Source: Candidatus Poribacteria bacterium (GTDB lineage: Bacteria; Poribacteria; WGA-4E; WGA-3G). Taken from it: a DNA stretch of 64,000 nucleotides. Location: the NCBI GenBank assembly GCA_965197475.1, contig CBDANF010000003.1, forward strand, positions 1,088,001 to 1,152,000, in the 5' to 3' direction. Numbering within the stretch: position 1 is the stretch's first letter; every line of letters starts with the position of its first letter. Shown here piece by piece: positions 40,739-50,730 of this stretch. Made by a program: the position numbers and the translations under genes. The notes beneath the pieces are model-generated. The model was not told the origin of the DNA. It saw nothing but the letters and a program-made list of their open reading frames with translations, and did not search any database.

Positions 40739-43426
40739 ATGCGAAAATTTTCCTTATACGTTTTTCTCATATTACTACTAAACAGCGCGTACCTATTCAG
40801 TTTCGGTGAACCAACGCTTTTCTACATTTTTAACGTCCTTCTCCACTTAGCACTCGGTATCGTATTAATAATCCCATTTAATATCTATCTCTATCAAAAA
40901 TTCAAAAACCTCTCAAGCATTGGACGTATTAGTGTTTTCGGGTTAATAGTCGGCATTGCTACCGGTGTTTACTTGATGATTGTCGGTGCCACTGCGCCTT
41001 ACCGTTGGCTTCTGATTACACACATTATCAGCATAAGCATTGGTAGTCTTCTCTTCTGCATTCACTTGCTGAAGGATAGTAGCAATCTTTCACCAACGTA
41101 CAAAAAAGTAATTATTGGCGTGTTAGTCGGTGTTGTGTTTTTTCCTATTGGTGCCAAACTTTCGCAATACTTTTTTCCGAATGAGGACTATCTCGTCAAA
41201 AACCCGGCATTACCTCCCACAAGCATGTATGAAGAAGGCGGTGGAACGACTGGACACTTTTTCCCTGCATCTGTTGAAACTGAGACGGGAGACCTGATTC
41301 CAACTGACTTCTTTCTCACATCAAATACCTGCGCGACAAATGGATGCCATCCTGATATATTTCGGCAGTGGAACGAATCTGCCCACCATTTCTCCTCCTT
41401 CAACAACCAGTGGTACAGAAAGTCTATCATCTATATGCAGGAGGTGAACGGGATTCAACCTTCGAAATGGTGCGGCGGATGCCACGACCCTGCGATTCTA
41501 CTCAACGGGGTAATGGACAAACCGATTCGGGAAAATTTGCATACACCCGCAGCGCAGGCAGGATTAGCATGCACTGCGTGCCACTCTATCGAAAGGGTAA
41601 AAGATACGATGGGAAACAGCGGATATGTAATTAAATATCCGCCTTTGCATGATATAGCATCAAGCAAAAATCGTATCGTTCGTAGTTTGCATAACTATCT
41701 AATACGTCTCGATCCAGAACCGCATCGGAAAAGCTTTCTCAAGCCTTTTCACCGCGACAATACAGCCGAATTCTGTTCAACCTGCCATAAAGTGCATTTG
41801 GATTTTCCTGTCAATAACTTCAAATGGGTACGCGGCTTTGACGATTATGACCAATGGCAAAAAAGTGGCGTTTCCCACCAAGGTGCGCTCTCATTTTATT
41901 ATCCCAAAACGGCTAAGAAATGTGCTGATTGCCACATGCCGCTTGTTGACTCTGCAGACGCGGGAAATATAAACGGCAAGGTACACAGCCACCGCTTTCC
42001 AGCTGCAAACACTGCACTTCCCTTTGTGAATCAACACGAAGAACAACTCCAGGCTGTAATAGATTTTTTGCAAAATAAGGTGATAACGTTGGACCTGTTT
42101 GCGAACGGTTCTCCGATTCCAAAAAATGGCATTGACGTTGCCCCGGGTGAAGATCCGTTAATTGAGGTTGTGGTACGCACGCGAGGTGTCGGCCACCGTT
42201 TTCCTGCGGGAACAATTGACGCATTTGACATCTGGCTTGAGGTAAAAGCCACTGATGAGAATGGAAAAATTGTGTTCTGGAACGGAAGAATCGCTGCATC
42301 TGATGGGAACGGTCCTGTCGATCCGAGTGCACATTTTTATCGTGGTTATATGCTTGATGCACACGGAAATCTAATCAACAAACGAAATGCGTGGGCAATG
42401 CGAACCGTGCTGTATTCACGTACCATTCCACCGGGTGCCGCCGATACCGTCCGATATCGGTTAGAAATTCCACCCGATTGTGGCGAGACTCTCTTGTTGG
42501 AAGCGAAACTCAATTATCGTAAGTTTAACTGGTGGCACACGCAGTGGGCTTATGCTGGTGTCCGAGACTCTGAGGATACAAATTTTCAGGTGGATAAAGG
42601 CTACGATGATGGCAAATGGGTCTGGAAAGGCGATACATCCGATGTCGCTGGGAAAATCAAGGCTATTCCAAACCTGCCAATCACCGTGATGGCAGATGCA
42701 AAAGCAACCCTTAATGTGATACCACCATCACAAGATGCTCCTGCTGTTCAAAAGAAACAGAATACATCAGGAGGAGAACTCAACGTAGCAAATGCACGTG
42801 AACGCTGGAACGATTACGGCATAGGGCTTCTCCTGCAAGGCGATCTCAGATCCGCGCAAACAGCATTTCGAGAAGTAACGAAAATAGACCCTGGCTACTT
42901 AGACGGCTGGGTGAATATCGCACGATGTAACATCAAAGAAGGTGATATGCAGGGTGCCGAAGCGATGCTTGATAAGGCGTTTGAGATTCAGAAAAAATTG
43001 CCTCCTGAAAACCTACATCGCGCAAAGGTTCATTATTTTTACGCCCTCGTTCAAGAATCTTATGGGAACTATGACATCGCAATTCAACACCTCCAACAAG
43101 CTGCCTCGCAATTCCCACGCGATACCCGTGTTCGCGATGAATTGGGGCGAATGCACTTTCTAAAACGAGAGTATGAGGCTGCTTTAGCACATTTTCAGAA
43201 AACGCTTGAGGTTGATCCAGAAGATTTAGATGCACATTACAATATGATGCGATGTTATCGTGCGTTGAAAAACCCATCTATGGCAGCGAAGTCACAAAAA
43301 CTGTACTTGCGGTTTAAGGCTGACGAATCCGTTGATGCGATAACGGGGATTGCCCGCCGCGCAGACCCTGATGCCAACCGTGAACGTCAGCAAATCCATG
43401 AACACGTGAATAGTTACGGAAAGTGA
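40739..43426 (+). CDS. Membrane-anchored multihaem cytochrome c with C-terminal TPR repeats
   Basis: About five N-terminal TM helices; CATNGCH, CGGCH, CTACH, CSTCH, CADCH; VGHRFPAG; TPR units. Confidence 0.85.
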   Translation: MRKFSLYVFLILLLNSAYLFSFGEPTLFYIFNVLLHLALGIVLIIPFNIYLYQKFKNLSSIGRISVFGLIVGIATGVYLMIVGATAPYRWLLITHIISISIGSLLFCIHLLKDSSNLSPTYKKVIIGVLVGVVFFPIGAKLSQYFFPNEDYLVKNPALPPTSMYEEGGGTTGHFFPASVETETGDLIPTDFFLTSNTCATNGCHPDIFRQWNESAHHFSSFNNQWYRKSIIYMQEVNGIQPSKWCGGCHDPAILLNGVMDKPIRENLHTPAAQAGLACTACHSIERVKDTMGNSGYVIKYPPLHDIASSKNRIVRSLHNYLIRLDPEPHRKSFLKPFHRDNTAEFCSTCHKVHLDFPVNNFKWVRGFDDYDQWQKSGVSHQGALSFYYPKTAKKCADCHMPLVDSADAGNINGKVHSHRFPAANTALPFVNQHEEQLQAVIDFLQNKVITLDLFANGSPIPKNGIDVAPGEDPLIEVVVRTRGVGHRFPAGTIDAFDIWLEVKATDENGKIVFWNGRIAASDGNGPVDPSAHFYRGYMLDAHGNLINKRNAWAMRTVLYSRTIPPGAADTVRYRLEIPPDCGETLLLEAKLNYRKFNWWHTQWAYAGVRDSEDTNFQVDKGYDDGKWVWKGDTSDVAGKIKAIPNLPITVMADAKATLNVIPPSQDAPAVQKKQNTSGGELNVANARERWNDYGIGLLLQGDLRSAQTAFREVTKIDPGYLDGWVNIARCNIKEGDMQGAEAMLDKAFEIQKKLPPENLHRAKVHYFYALVQESYGNYDIAIQHLQQAASQFPRDTRVRDELGRMHFLKREYEAALAHFQKTLEVDPEDLDAHYNMMRCYRALKNPSMAAKSQKLYLRFKADESVDAITGIARRADPDANRERQQIHEHVNSYGK

Positions 43427-43431
43427 TGGAT

Positions 43432-43525
43432 TATAGTGAGCATAAAAATAAGTAGACATCTGCTGGTAGGCGCGCTTTGTCCGCGCGCTGTCAATAGTGT
43501 TCAAGTAATTATAGGTTTTACTATA
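43432..43525. mobile_element. TA-flanked MITE carrying a GTAGGCGCG REP
   Basis: TATAGTGAGCATAAAA ... TTATAGGTTTTACTATA; REP at 43466. Confidence 0.6.
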
Positions 43526-43825
43526 AGAAGCACAAACGAATGTCCTGTTTAATTTTGGGTGTGTAATATTTTGTCATCTGAATCGTGGATTCTCTGAACC
43601 AGGATTACCAGATTTCCAGGATTTTTCGGTTTGCTATGTGTTGATCCGATTGTTCAAATCAACGTCTCATGCGCGTATAGCATTCGGCGGGACGCTCCTA
43701 CAGAGGAAAGACTTTGAGCAGAAGGCGGAAACTTTCAAAGAACTGAATGGCTCTGTATGGAATCTTTTCAACTTGAAAGGTTTTAAGAGGTGTGGTAGAA
43801 TAACAAAAAATAAGGAGGTTTCGTA

Positions 43826-44131
43826 ATGGCAGAAACAGTCAGAACCGACATCAAAGGTGTTGATCGGTTTATTTTTGAAGTGGGAGCAGACCGAGAACAA
43901 CTCCATCTACACATCTCCGAAGTGGGACCAGGACAACGCGCACATCCACCACATACACACGACGGACAAGAAATTTTCTATGTCTTTTCTGGAAAAGGCG
44001 AAGTCTTGTTCGGAGAACAGACGCACCACGTGAGCGACAACGAAGCTGTGCATGTCGATTGCCAAGTTTTACACGGCATCCGTAATGTCGGGAAGACACC
44101 ACTCCGCTACGCTGTTATTATAGCCCGGTAA
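43826..44131 (+). CDS. Cupin-domain protein
   Basis: HPPHTHDGQEIFYVFSG and HGIRN; AAGGAGG RBS. Confidence 0.88.
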   Translation: MAETVRTDIKGVDRFIFEVGADREQLHLHISEVGPGQRAHPPHTHDGQEIFYVFSGKGEVLFGEQTHHVSDNEAVHVDCQVLHGIRNVGKTPLRYAVIIAR

Positions 44132-44179
44132 ATTGCAGTGCAGGTGACACCCTCAACGATCTCCTACATCCTACATGAT

Positions 44180-44611
44180 CTATTCAGAAGGTTCCGTCGG
44201 CGGGTCTTTTAGCAATCCGGTGATACCGTAAATACCACCAATGATTAAAAGTATGCCGATGCTGCTTATACCCCGCCGTATCCACACAGGATGTAAAATC
44301 TGTGAGATGTTGAACATTGAGAGTGGTTGTAACAATTGAGATATGCCTATATTCACATAAAACGCACCGTAAGCAATAAGGCACATCTCACTGAGAAATT
44401 GCTGGCGGAGAGGGTCTACGGACATCCCAAAGGGATTTATAAGGTAGTCTCCTGAAAAAACAAGGGTCAATCCTACGATAAAAAAGGTGATAAGAGTACC
44501 AGTTGGATATGCGGATTGTTGTAACACAATAGCCAATAAGATACTCACACCTCCTAAAATAATGCTAATTATGCCCTGAAAAATTTGGACTCCTCTGCTC
44601 TGTGCTATCAT
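44180..44611 (-). CDS. Hypothetical membrane protein (about 4 TM)
   Basis: Hydrophobic ORF with AAAGGT RBS. Confidence 0.65.
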   Translation of the reverse strand: MIAQSRGVQIFQGIISIILGGVSILLAIVLQQSAYPTGTLITFFIVGLTLVFSGDYLINPFGMSVDPLRQQFLSEMCLIAYGAFYVNIGISQLLQPLSMFNISQILHPVWIRRGISSIGILLIIGGIYGITGLLKDPPTEPSE

Positions 44612-44663
44612 TTACCTTTTGTATAACGCCCCCTGCGTGTCCGTGACTTATCGCTGTGAAAAC

Positions 44664-45773
44664 CTAAAATGAATATAAAACTGTTAAAGAGACCAGCGGA
44701 CCAAATTCAAACGCATCGCTTTCTTCATATTCACCATCTACAAACGCGTCGCTATCATCGTAAAGCGTTTCTTGATGTAACGGCAACAAAAGCGAAAGTG
44801 ATAACGGGACATTGAATGGTGTTGTAATAGATGTACCGAGCGATGCCATGCCGAAAAGGAGTCCGGTATTTTTGTCAATTTCTCCATCCCAATACGCATA
44901 AGATTGATAAATTCCAAGGTAACCCGCTTGGAAAGAAAACCATTTATTCAAGCGGAAGTTTAGTCCTGTCGTGTATGTAAGTTCTCTGGAACCACGATAC
45001 TCTTCACTGTTCTTGTAGAACGGTAATTTTGCGCGGACACTGGTATGTGATGCTAATCCCTTATAGATAGGAAGATTATAGTGCAGGTCGACGATAGGGT
45101 TGAAAGTTCCAGTCCCAAATTGGATATGTAGATGTTCCTTTCCCATCTCTCCGAGTTTCCATGGGTCTTCTTCTATTTTACCAAAGGGAATCGTAGTTCC
45201 AATGCGTCCCATTAAAAAATCGTCTTCCGTTAAGACTCCCAGTCTATAATGTCCAAGAAAAACTTCTGAATCTGTTAGACCGGTGTAGGTATCATTGCGA
45301 TGATGGATAAACCCATTCTCTACAATCGCGTCCCATTGTTCTTGAGTATACTTTTCACCGTCAATCTTTTCAATACTTGCTTCTTGTACTTTGGATTCAT
45401 AAGGGAGATTTGCTTCCAACGTCCATTGAGAACCGAGTTGATATTTTAACCCTATATCAACGCGATAAACGTTTAAGGTAACATGATGTCGGTGCTGTGG
45501 AACCGTGTCTATTTTGGGGTTGCCGTTTGAATCTAAGAAAACTCCCTCATCTTCAAGGTGTCCGCCTTGTGCATCAAACCACCGCATCATGCTGATAGAT
45601 GCTTGAAATCTTTTTCCTTCTGAAGTCAAACTGACTTCACCCGTCCCGCTACGTGGGATTGCGGGATTGCTTCACGCGCCTCAGCTCTCTTGCGCAAACG
45701 CAGTGTAAATCACAGTTAAGGAAAGAAAAATAAGTTGAAGGATAAGTATTGTGTTAAAAATTTTGATTTTCAT
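44664..45773 (-). CDS. Putative outer-membrane beta-barrel (seleno)protein with N-terminal UxxU motif, 369 codons
   Basis: ATG at 45773 with CAGGA RBS; signal peptide ending AFA; then QES-TGA-GA-TGA-SNP in frame with the 321-aa ORF; C-terminal LTVLYSF beta-signal. Confidence 0.75.
45640..45665 (-). promoter_or_regulatory. Candidate bacterial SECIS element
   Basis: mRNA CCCG-CAA-UCCC-ACGUAGC-GGGA-CGGG stem-loop starting 7 nt after the second UGA. Confidence 0.5.
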
Positions 45774-45820
45774 AGTACTTCCTGTTTGTTTAATGGCATC
45801 TGGATTGTGTCTACTACTTT

Positions 45821-46756
45821 TTATTGTGTTTCTAAGTTCAACCAACACATTTGGTCATCTGAAAGTTCAAGATTCAATGCGCCAAGAGAAGATGCCATCT
45901 CTTCTAAATTAGCCGGACCGACAATAGGAAAAATCGGGAAAGACAGGTGGACGCAATATGCAAGCGAAACCTGAATAGCGGAAAAGCCGTATTTTGCCCC
46001 TAATTGTTTGGCGCGTGCAAGTCTTTCAAAGTTATCGTCGTTGTAATACACACGCACCATATCCCCATTATCTCGGTTTTCAGCAGTAAATGCACCACTG
46101 AAAAATCCGCGTGCTTGCGATGACCACGGCATTAATGGGAATTGGTTTTCCACATGCCAACGACGTGCGTCATCATCAACGCAAACACACCCACCCCACA
46201 TCGGTTCCGTAGGTACTGCGAGACTGATGTTGTTGCTACAAGCAACGAAACCATTTACCCCGTGTTGTTCGGCGTAGGTATTGGCTTCAACAATACGTTG
46301 CGGCTTCCAGTTAGAAGCGGCGATGGCTCGGATACGTCCAGCGTCTATCTCTTCGTTCAAGTAATCAATAATTGTACTAACCGGCATGGTAGAGTCATCT
46401 CTATGAAGCATATAAAGGTCAATGAAATCGGTACCAAGACGAGTTAGGTTTTCGTCAAGGTCCTGTTTTACGTATTCTGGGGAAACACGGTTTGGAGTAC
46501 CACCGTATGGATGCCCTCCTTTATCTATCAGAAAAACCTCTTCTCGGTTTCTACGTTCCTTCATCCAAAGTCCGATTAACTTTTCGCTGTTGCCACCTCC
46601 GTAAATGTGGGCTGTGTCCAGAGCATTTCCACCTGCCTCAAAAAATGTGTCAAGCATTTCGCTGCTATGATCAAAGTTTGCAGGTGAATACATCATGGTT
46701 CCCAGAATCAGTTGTGAAATTTCTTGGTTGACTCCGGGAATTTTTATCCGCTTCAT
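45821..46756 (-). CDS. Aldo/keto reductase
   Basis: DTAHIYG, SEKLIG, LGTDFIDLYMLHRD, AASN, WSSQARG. Confidence 0.92.
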   Translation of the reverse strand: MKRIKIPGVNQEISQLILGTMMYSPANFDHSSEMLDTFFEAGGNALDTAHIYGGGNSEKLIGLWMKERRNREEVFLIDKGGHPYGGTPNRVSPEYVKQDLDENLTRLGTDFIDLYMLHRDDSTMPVSTIIDYLNEEIDAGRIRAIAASNWKPQRIVEANTYAEQHGVNGFVACSNNISLAVPTEPMWGGCVCVDDDARRWHVENQFPLMPWSSQARGFFSGAFTAENRDNGDMVRVYYNDDNFERLARAKQLGAKYGFSAIQVSLAYCVHLSFPIFPIVGPANLEEMASSLGALNLELSDDQMCWLNLETQ

Positions 46757-47009
46757 TCAAATGTCTTCCTTCATTTAAAACTATTACAATTCCGCTGAAA
46801 GTCCGCTGCTTTTTTATATATACGACATTCACATCATAAGATTATACCACATCACACATAGGATTTCAATGTAAATATTTGTAACTTCCGACAAAGGCAT
46901 TCAGTTTCAAGTTTCTCACCGTTTTAGCCAGGGATTCACGACCGGGAGGCCGCTCCTATAGAGGAGAAACTTTGAATAGAGGATGGAAACTACTGGTGGG
47001 TGTTTGCCC

Positions 47010-47354
47010 AAGTGTGGTTTGACATTTTCCCATACACAACGCGGTGGAAGACGATCGCCTGCAAGATATCGATTTATCTGATCATGACTAAATTGCTTGC
47101 AGTGGTCAGCAAAATAAGTTATCGTCCAGTTGATAGGTGTGCTGAATAGATATTGACAGTAATCAAAGGCGAGTTGGTTTGTCATCTTGGCTCATGTAAA
47201 GAATGAGTGCAAATGAAAATTTAACCCGTGTGGCCATTGCCTTCATGAAAATAACCGCACACACCTTTTACATGAGCGGTCATCTTTATTTCCACATTGT
47301 AAACCATATTAGAGTGTTCGGGAGGCTAAGTCAAGCATTATTGCGTAAGTCCTG
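47010..47354 (-). mobile_element. IS701-family remnant (left end plus transposase N-terminus), interrupted by a MITE
   Basis: DYCQYLFSTPINWTITYFADH..FSHDQINRYL resembles IS701-type transposase N-termini; terminal CAGGACTTACGCA on the minus strand at 47342-47354. Confidence 0.65.
47189..47278. mobile_element. 90-bp MITE, copy 1
   Basis: TIR GCTCATGTAAA / TTTACATGAGC; 8-bp TSD GTCATCTT; identical to 59429-59518. Confidence 0.95.
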
Positions 47355-47430
47355 AAAAATTATACCTTCAAAATATGCTAAAGTCAAAATTTTTGGTTGG
47401 ATGTGAGGAAATTTAGTTTAGTCAAAAAAA

Positions 47431-47456
47431 TGAAACCCCTTTTTTATGATGGCGTT
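47431..47456 (+). promoter_or_regulatory. Putative ECF-sigma (SigW/SigM-type) promoter
   Basis: TGAAAC-N16-CGTT, 43 bp upstream of the small ORF at 47500. Confidence 0.55.
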
Positions 47457-47499
47457 AAAAGTATAGGGCAAATCACCTTATAACTATTAGGGGGTATAG

Positions 47500-47709
47500 A
47501 TGTATAAAGATTTTAAGCAATATACCGCTAACCCGCAACCGTTAGATGACAGAAAACTGGATTATTACGAATTGGCGGTGTATTTCGCGGCGGCAAAAGC
47601 ACAAGAGGAAGAATTTCGTTGGGAAAATTTCATTGACAACCTCTCTTTTATTTGTGACAAATTTGCATCACATATTGAGTCAAACGGCACACCTCGTCTG
47701 GAACTGTAA
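47500..47709 (+). CDS. Small hypothetical protein (69 aa)
   Basis: GGGGG RBS-like sequence, upstream ECF-type promoter, protein-like composition. Confidence 0.55.
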   Translation: MYKDFKQYTANPQPLDDRKLDYYELAVYFAAAKAQEEEFRWENFIDNLSFICDKFASHIESNGTPRLEL

Positions 47710-47766
47710 AGTCTACATGAAAGAAGACAGACAATAACTGCTAAATGTGGTGTTGAATGCAAAATT

Positions 47767-49059
47767 TCAATTTGCAGAATATGGGGTAGCGTTTTTCGGA
47801 ACCTGCCCCTGATTTTTTTTAATCGTTTCGTTCAGTTTCGAATAATTCTTGAAGATATTCACGAGATTCATCACTAACTTTTCAGGATCATGGCGAATAA
47901 CGTTCATCTGAGCCCTACCTAACCAAGTACCGATCTCAGTGACGACCATATCTCTGATAAGGTCTGCTTCAACAACGGTAATGCCTTCATCTTCAAGCCT
48001 CTCCTGCTCTCGGTTATAGGAAACCTGCACTTTTGAAGCGTCAGCAACTTGCATGGTTTCGGCAGAAAGTGTTGAAATATTTTTTGCAAGGTCAAGCACC
48101 TCCATCAGATGTTCAGTATTTTCAGCAAGCTTCAAAAGCCCTTCGTCAGACAAAGAACGAATTCGGGTCAGCTGTGAAACCAACTCATTCCTGACATACC
48201 CTTGCATGATTTCTTGCGGTGCCGGTTGATTATTAACTAAAACATAGTCAATAGGAATTTTTGCGTGGTCAAGAATGGCGTTGACATGGTCAGTAACAGA
48301 ATAACCGTCTGTTTCCCCGGGTTGTGTCATGACATTGCAAACATAGATTTTCAGCGCGTTGGAACGTTGAATTGCTTCAACTATGCCTTTTATCACAAGA
48401 TTTGGCATGATGCTGGTGTAAAGACTTCCTGGACCGATGATAATCGCATCGGCGTTAACAAGTGCTTCCATCGCTGCTTCGTGTGCTTGACATTCATAAA
48501 CTTCGTTGAGGTCATGGTGGGTTTTGCCGTTCTCACGGGGTTCAAAAAAGACGCGCTTGATCGGTTCTCTATTTTCGCGTATCGGGATAGTCGACTCGCC
48601 GCGTACGATTTCACCATCTGCAAGTTCAGCACAGAGGACGGTGTAATCTAAGGTAACAGGAATAATTTGTCCGCGCACCGAGAGTAGTCTTGAGGCGGCT
48701 TGAATTGCTCTCGGAAAATTGCCTTGGATTTCTGTCAGTGCTGTTAATAATAGATTTCCGATTGTATGTCCACCGAGATCGCCATTGCTGGAAAATCGGT
48801 ATTCAAAAAGACCCGCAAGCTCATCGGCATCGGATAGTGTATAGAGTAGCCTGCGGATATCTCCTGGTGGAAGGACATCAAATTCTTCAACAAGACGTCC
48901 CGAACTCCCTCCGTCGTCAGAAACAGTAACGATCGCTGCCAAACTATCCAGATCAATAATTTTTTCGTTACTTGTTTCCAGATCGGCATAGTACTTGATT
49001 CCACTAAGCAGCGCGGATAATCCACTTCCGCCGCCAATGCAGGCAATTTTCAAAGCCAT
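47767..49059 (-). CDS. YvcK/GlmR (UPF0052, CofD-like) family protein
   Basis: IGGGSGLS, VTVSDDGGSSG, PPGDIR, GHTIGNL, GPGSLYTS, NVMTQPGET, RHDPEKL. Confidence 0.9.
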   Translation of the reverse strand: MALKIACIGGGSGLSALLSGIKYYADLETSNEKIIDLDSLAAIVTVSDDGGSSGRLVEEFDVLPPGDIRRLLYTLSDADELAGLFEYRFSSNGDLGGHTIGNLLLTALTEIQGNFPRAIQAASRLLSVRGQIIPVTLDYTVLCAELADGEIVRGESTIPIRENREPIKRVFFEPRENGKTHHDLNEVYECQAHEAAMEALVNADAIIIGPGSLYTSIMPNLVIKGIVEAIQRSNALKIYVCNVMTQPGETDGYSVTDHVNAILDHAKIPIDYVLVNNQPAPQEIMQGYVRNELVSQLTRIRSLSDEGLLKLAENTEHLMEVLDLAKNISTLSAETMQVADASKVQVSYNREQERLEDEGITVVEADLIRDMVVTEIGTWLGRAQMNVIRHDPEKLVMNLVNIFKNYSKLNETIKKNQGQVPKNATPYSAN

Positions 49060-49206
49060 AATTTCTCCAAACCGCCAAGATGGTGGTTATTATTTCTATA
49101 GTTAACTTGACCACAAAATATGACTGTGGCACTCTCCAGATCAGACAGAAAATGTAAGATATATCAACGTCAAAATAAAGGACAAGTTTTGTCATAAATA
49201 ACGCAG

Positions 49207-50619
49207 TTAACGGTTTATCTGTTTCATTAACATCTTCAAGTTCTCAAGCGTATCATCGCAAAGTGCTTCTGCCTCTGATGCCGTTGGTGCCTCACTGAAA
49301 ACCCGAATGACCGGCTCCGTTCCTGATTTTCGGATATTTACCCATCGGTCATCCCAGACGCGTTTGATGCCATCTGTTAATTCAAGCAGCGGTCCTGCTT
49401 GCGTACTTGAAGTCGTTAAAGCCTCTTTCTCATACATTTTTAAAGCGAGTTCAACGAGTTGCGTTGCGACCTCTTGTGATGGAATTTCCAATTTTTTGCG
49501 ACACATTTCGTAGTGTGGCATGGTATCAACAAGTGCTGTCACTGTGCTATTGGATTCGGTGATATGTTGGACAATTGATGCAATAGAGGTAATACCGTCT
49601 GTGGTATAGTTGATAGCGGGATAGATAACCCCACCAGTGCCTTCACCGCCGATAACAGCGTTGACCTCATGCATTTTTTCAACCACCCATCCCACACCGA
49701 CTTTCGTTCGATATAGTATTACACCGTGCTTTGCAGCAATATCATCCATCATTCGGCTTGTTGATACTGTGACGACTATGTCTCCTTTTGTTTTACTCAA
49801 AATAAAATCTGCTACGAAAGCGAGCGTCCATTCGCCGCTAAGTGGCATGCCCTGATCTGTAACAACGACAACCCTGTCTGCATCGCCATCGTGGGCGAAT
49901 CCTATATCTGCACAAGTTTCACGTACCTTTTCACACAGTTCACCTAAAGCATCAGGTGTGGGTTCTGCGGGGCGGCGGAAGTTTCCATCGGGCACACAAT
50001 TAATTTCAACCACTTGACAACCGAGTTCCTGCAACAAAGTTGGACTAATTACGCATCCTGCACCGTTACCGCAATCAAGTGCTACCTTCAGTTTGGCATT
50101 TCGGATTAAATCTATGTTAAGCCACGAAGAATCAAGTATTTCCTTGAGATGGTGTGTTGTTGCGTCCTTAAATCTTTCAAGCGTTCCCTGTTTGTCCCAC
50201 GGTGCAAGTGCAAAATCCTCATTTTCACAAATTCGTGTCAATCCATCACGTTCAGTCTGTGTCAGCAGTTTTCCAGATTCAGATGCAAATTCAATGCCGT
50301 TCCATTCTACTGGGTTATGGCTTGCTGTAATGGTGATACTACCTTGTGCACCAAGGGTCTTCGCTATCAAAAGGACAGTAGGGGTAGGGCATAACCCCAC
50401 ATCAATGACGCGACATCCTGTGGCGAATAGTCCTGCAAGCACTGCATGCCGAATCATCGGACTTGAGGTGCGTGAATCTCTGCCTACTACCACGGTTTTA
50501 CCACCGACAAAGGTGCCGAAAGCTAAAGCGAACTTTGTAATGATACGCGCGTCAAGCGAAACACCGACCTGTCCGCGAACACCTGAAACGCTTATGATTG
50601 GGTCTGTTGTTTTAGCCAT
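49207..50619 (-). CDS. glmM: Phosphohexomutase (phosphoglucosamine mutase / PMM-PGM)
   Basis: GRDSR, TASHNP, HDGDADR, GGEGTGG, RKSGTEP. Confidence 0.8.
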   Translation of the reverse strand: MAKTTDPIISVSGVRGQVGVSLDARIITKFALAFGTFVGGKTVVVGRDSRTSSPMIRHAVLAGLFATGCRVIDVGLCPTPTVLLIAKTLGAQGSITITASHNPVEWNGIEFASESGKLLTQTERDGLTRICENEDFALAPWDKQGTLERFKDATTHHLKEILDSSWLNIDLIRNAKLKVALDCGNGAGCVISPTLLQELGCQVVEINCVPDGNFRRPAEPTPDALGELCEKVRETCADIGFAHDGDADRVVVVTDQGMPLSGEWTLAFVADFILSKTKGDIVVTVSTSRMMDDIAAKHGVILYRTKVGVGWVVEKMHEVNAVIGGEGTGGVIYPAINYTTDGITSIASIVQHITESNSTVTALVDTMPHYEMCRKKLEIPSQEVATQLVELALKMYEKEALTTSSTQAGPLLELTDGIKRVWDDRWVNIRKSGTEPVIRVFSEAPTASEAEALCDDTLENLKMLMKQINR

Positions 50620-50730
50620 GAAGGTTCTCTAATGTAATAGTGGCTCTCAGAATATGGCAGATTTACAATTAACGATACACCGTCCATCGGCGCGCTTACA
50701 AAACACGCCTACCAGTGGTGTCTGCTATTT

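Noticed and set aside
44664-45773. Genome-wide UGA reassignment (genetic code 4 or 25) as the explanation for the in-frame TGAs
   Set aside because: TGA terminates several intact genes here (e.g. 13180, 26181, 43426), and the other long ORFs have no internal TGA.
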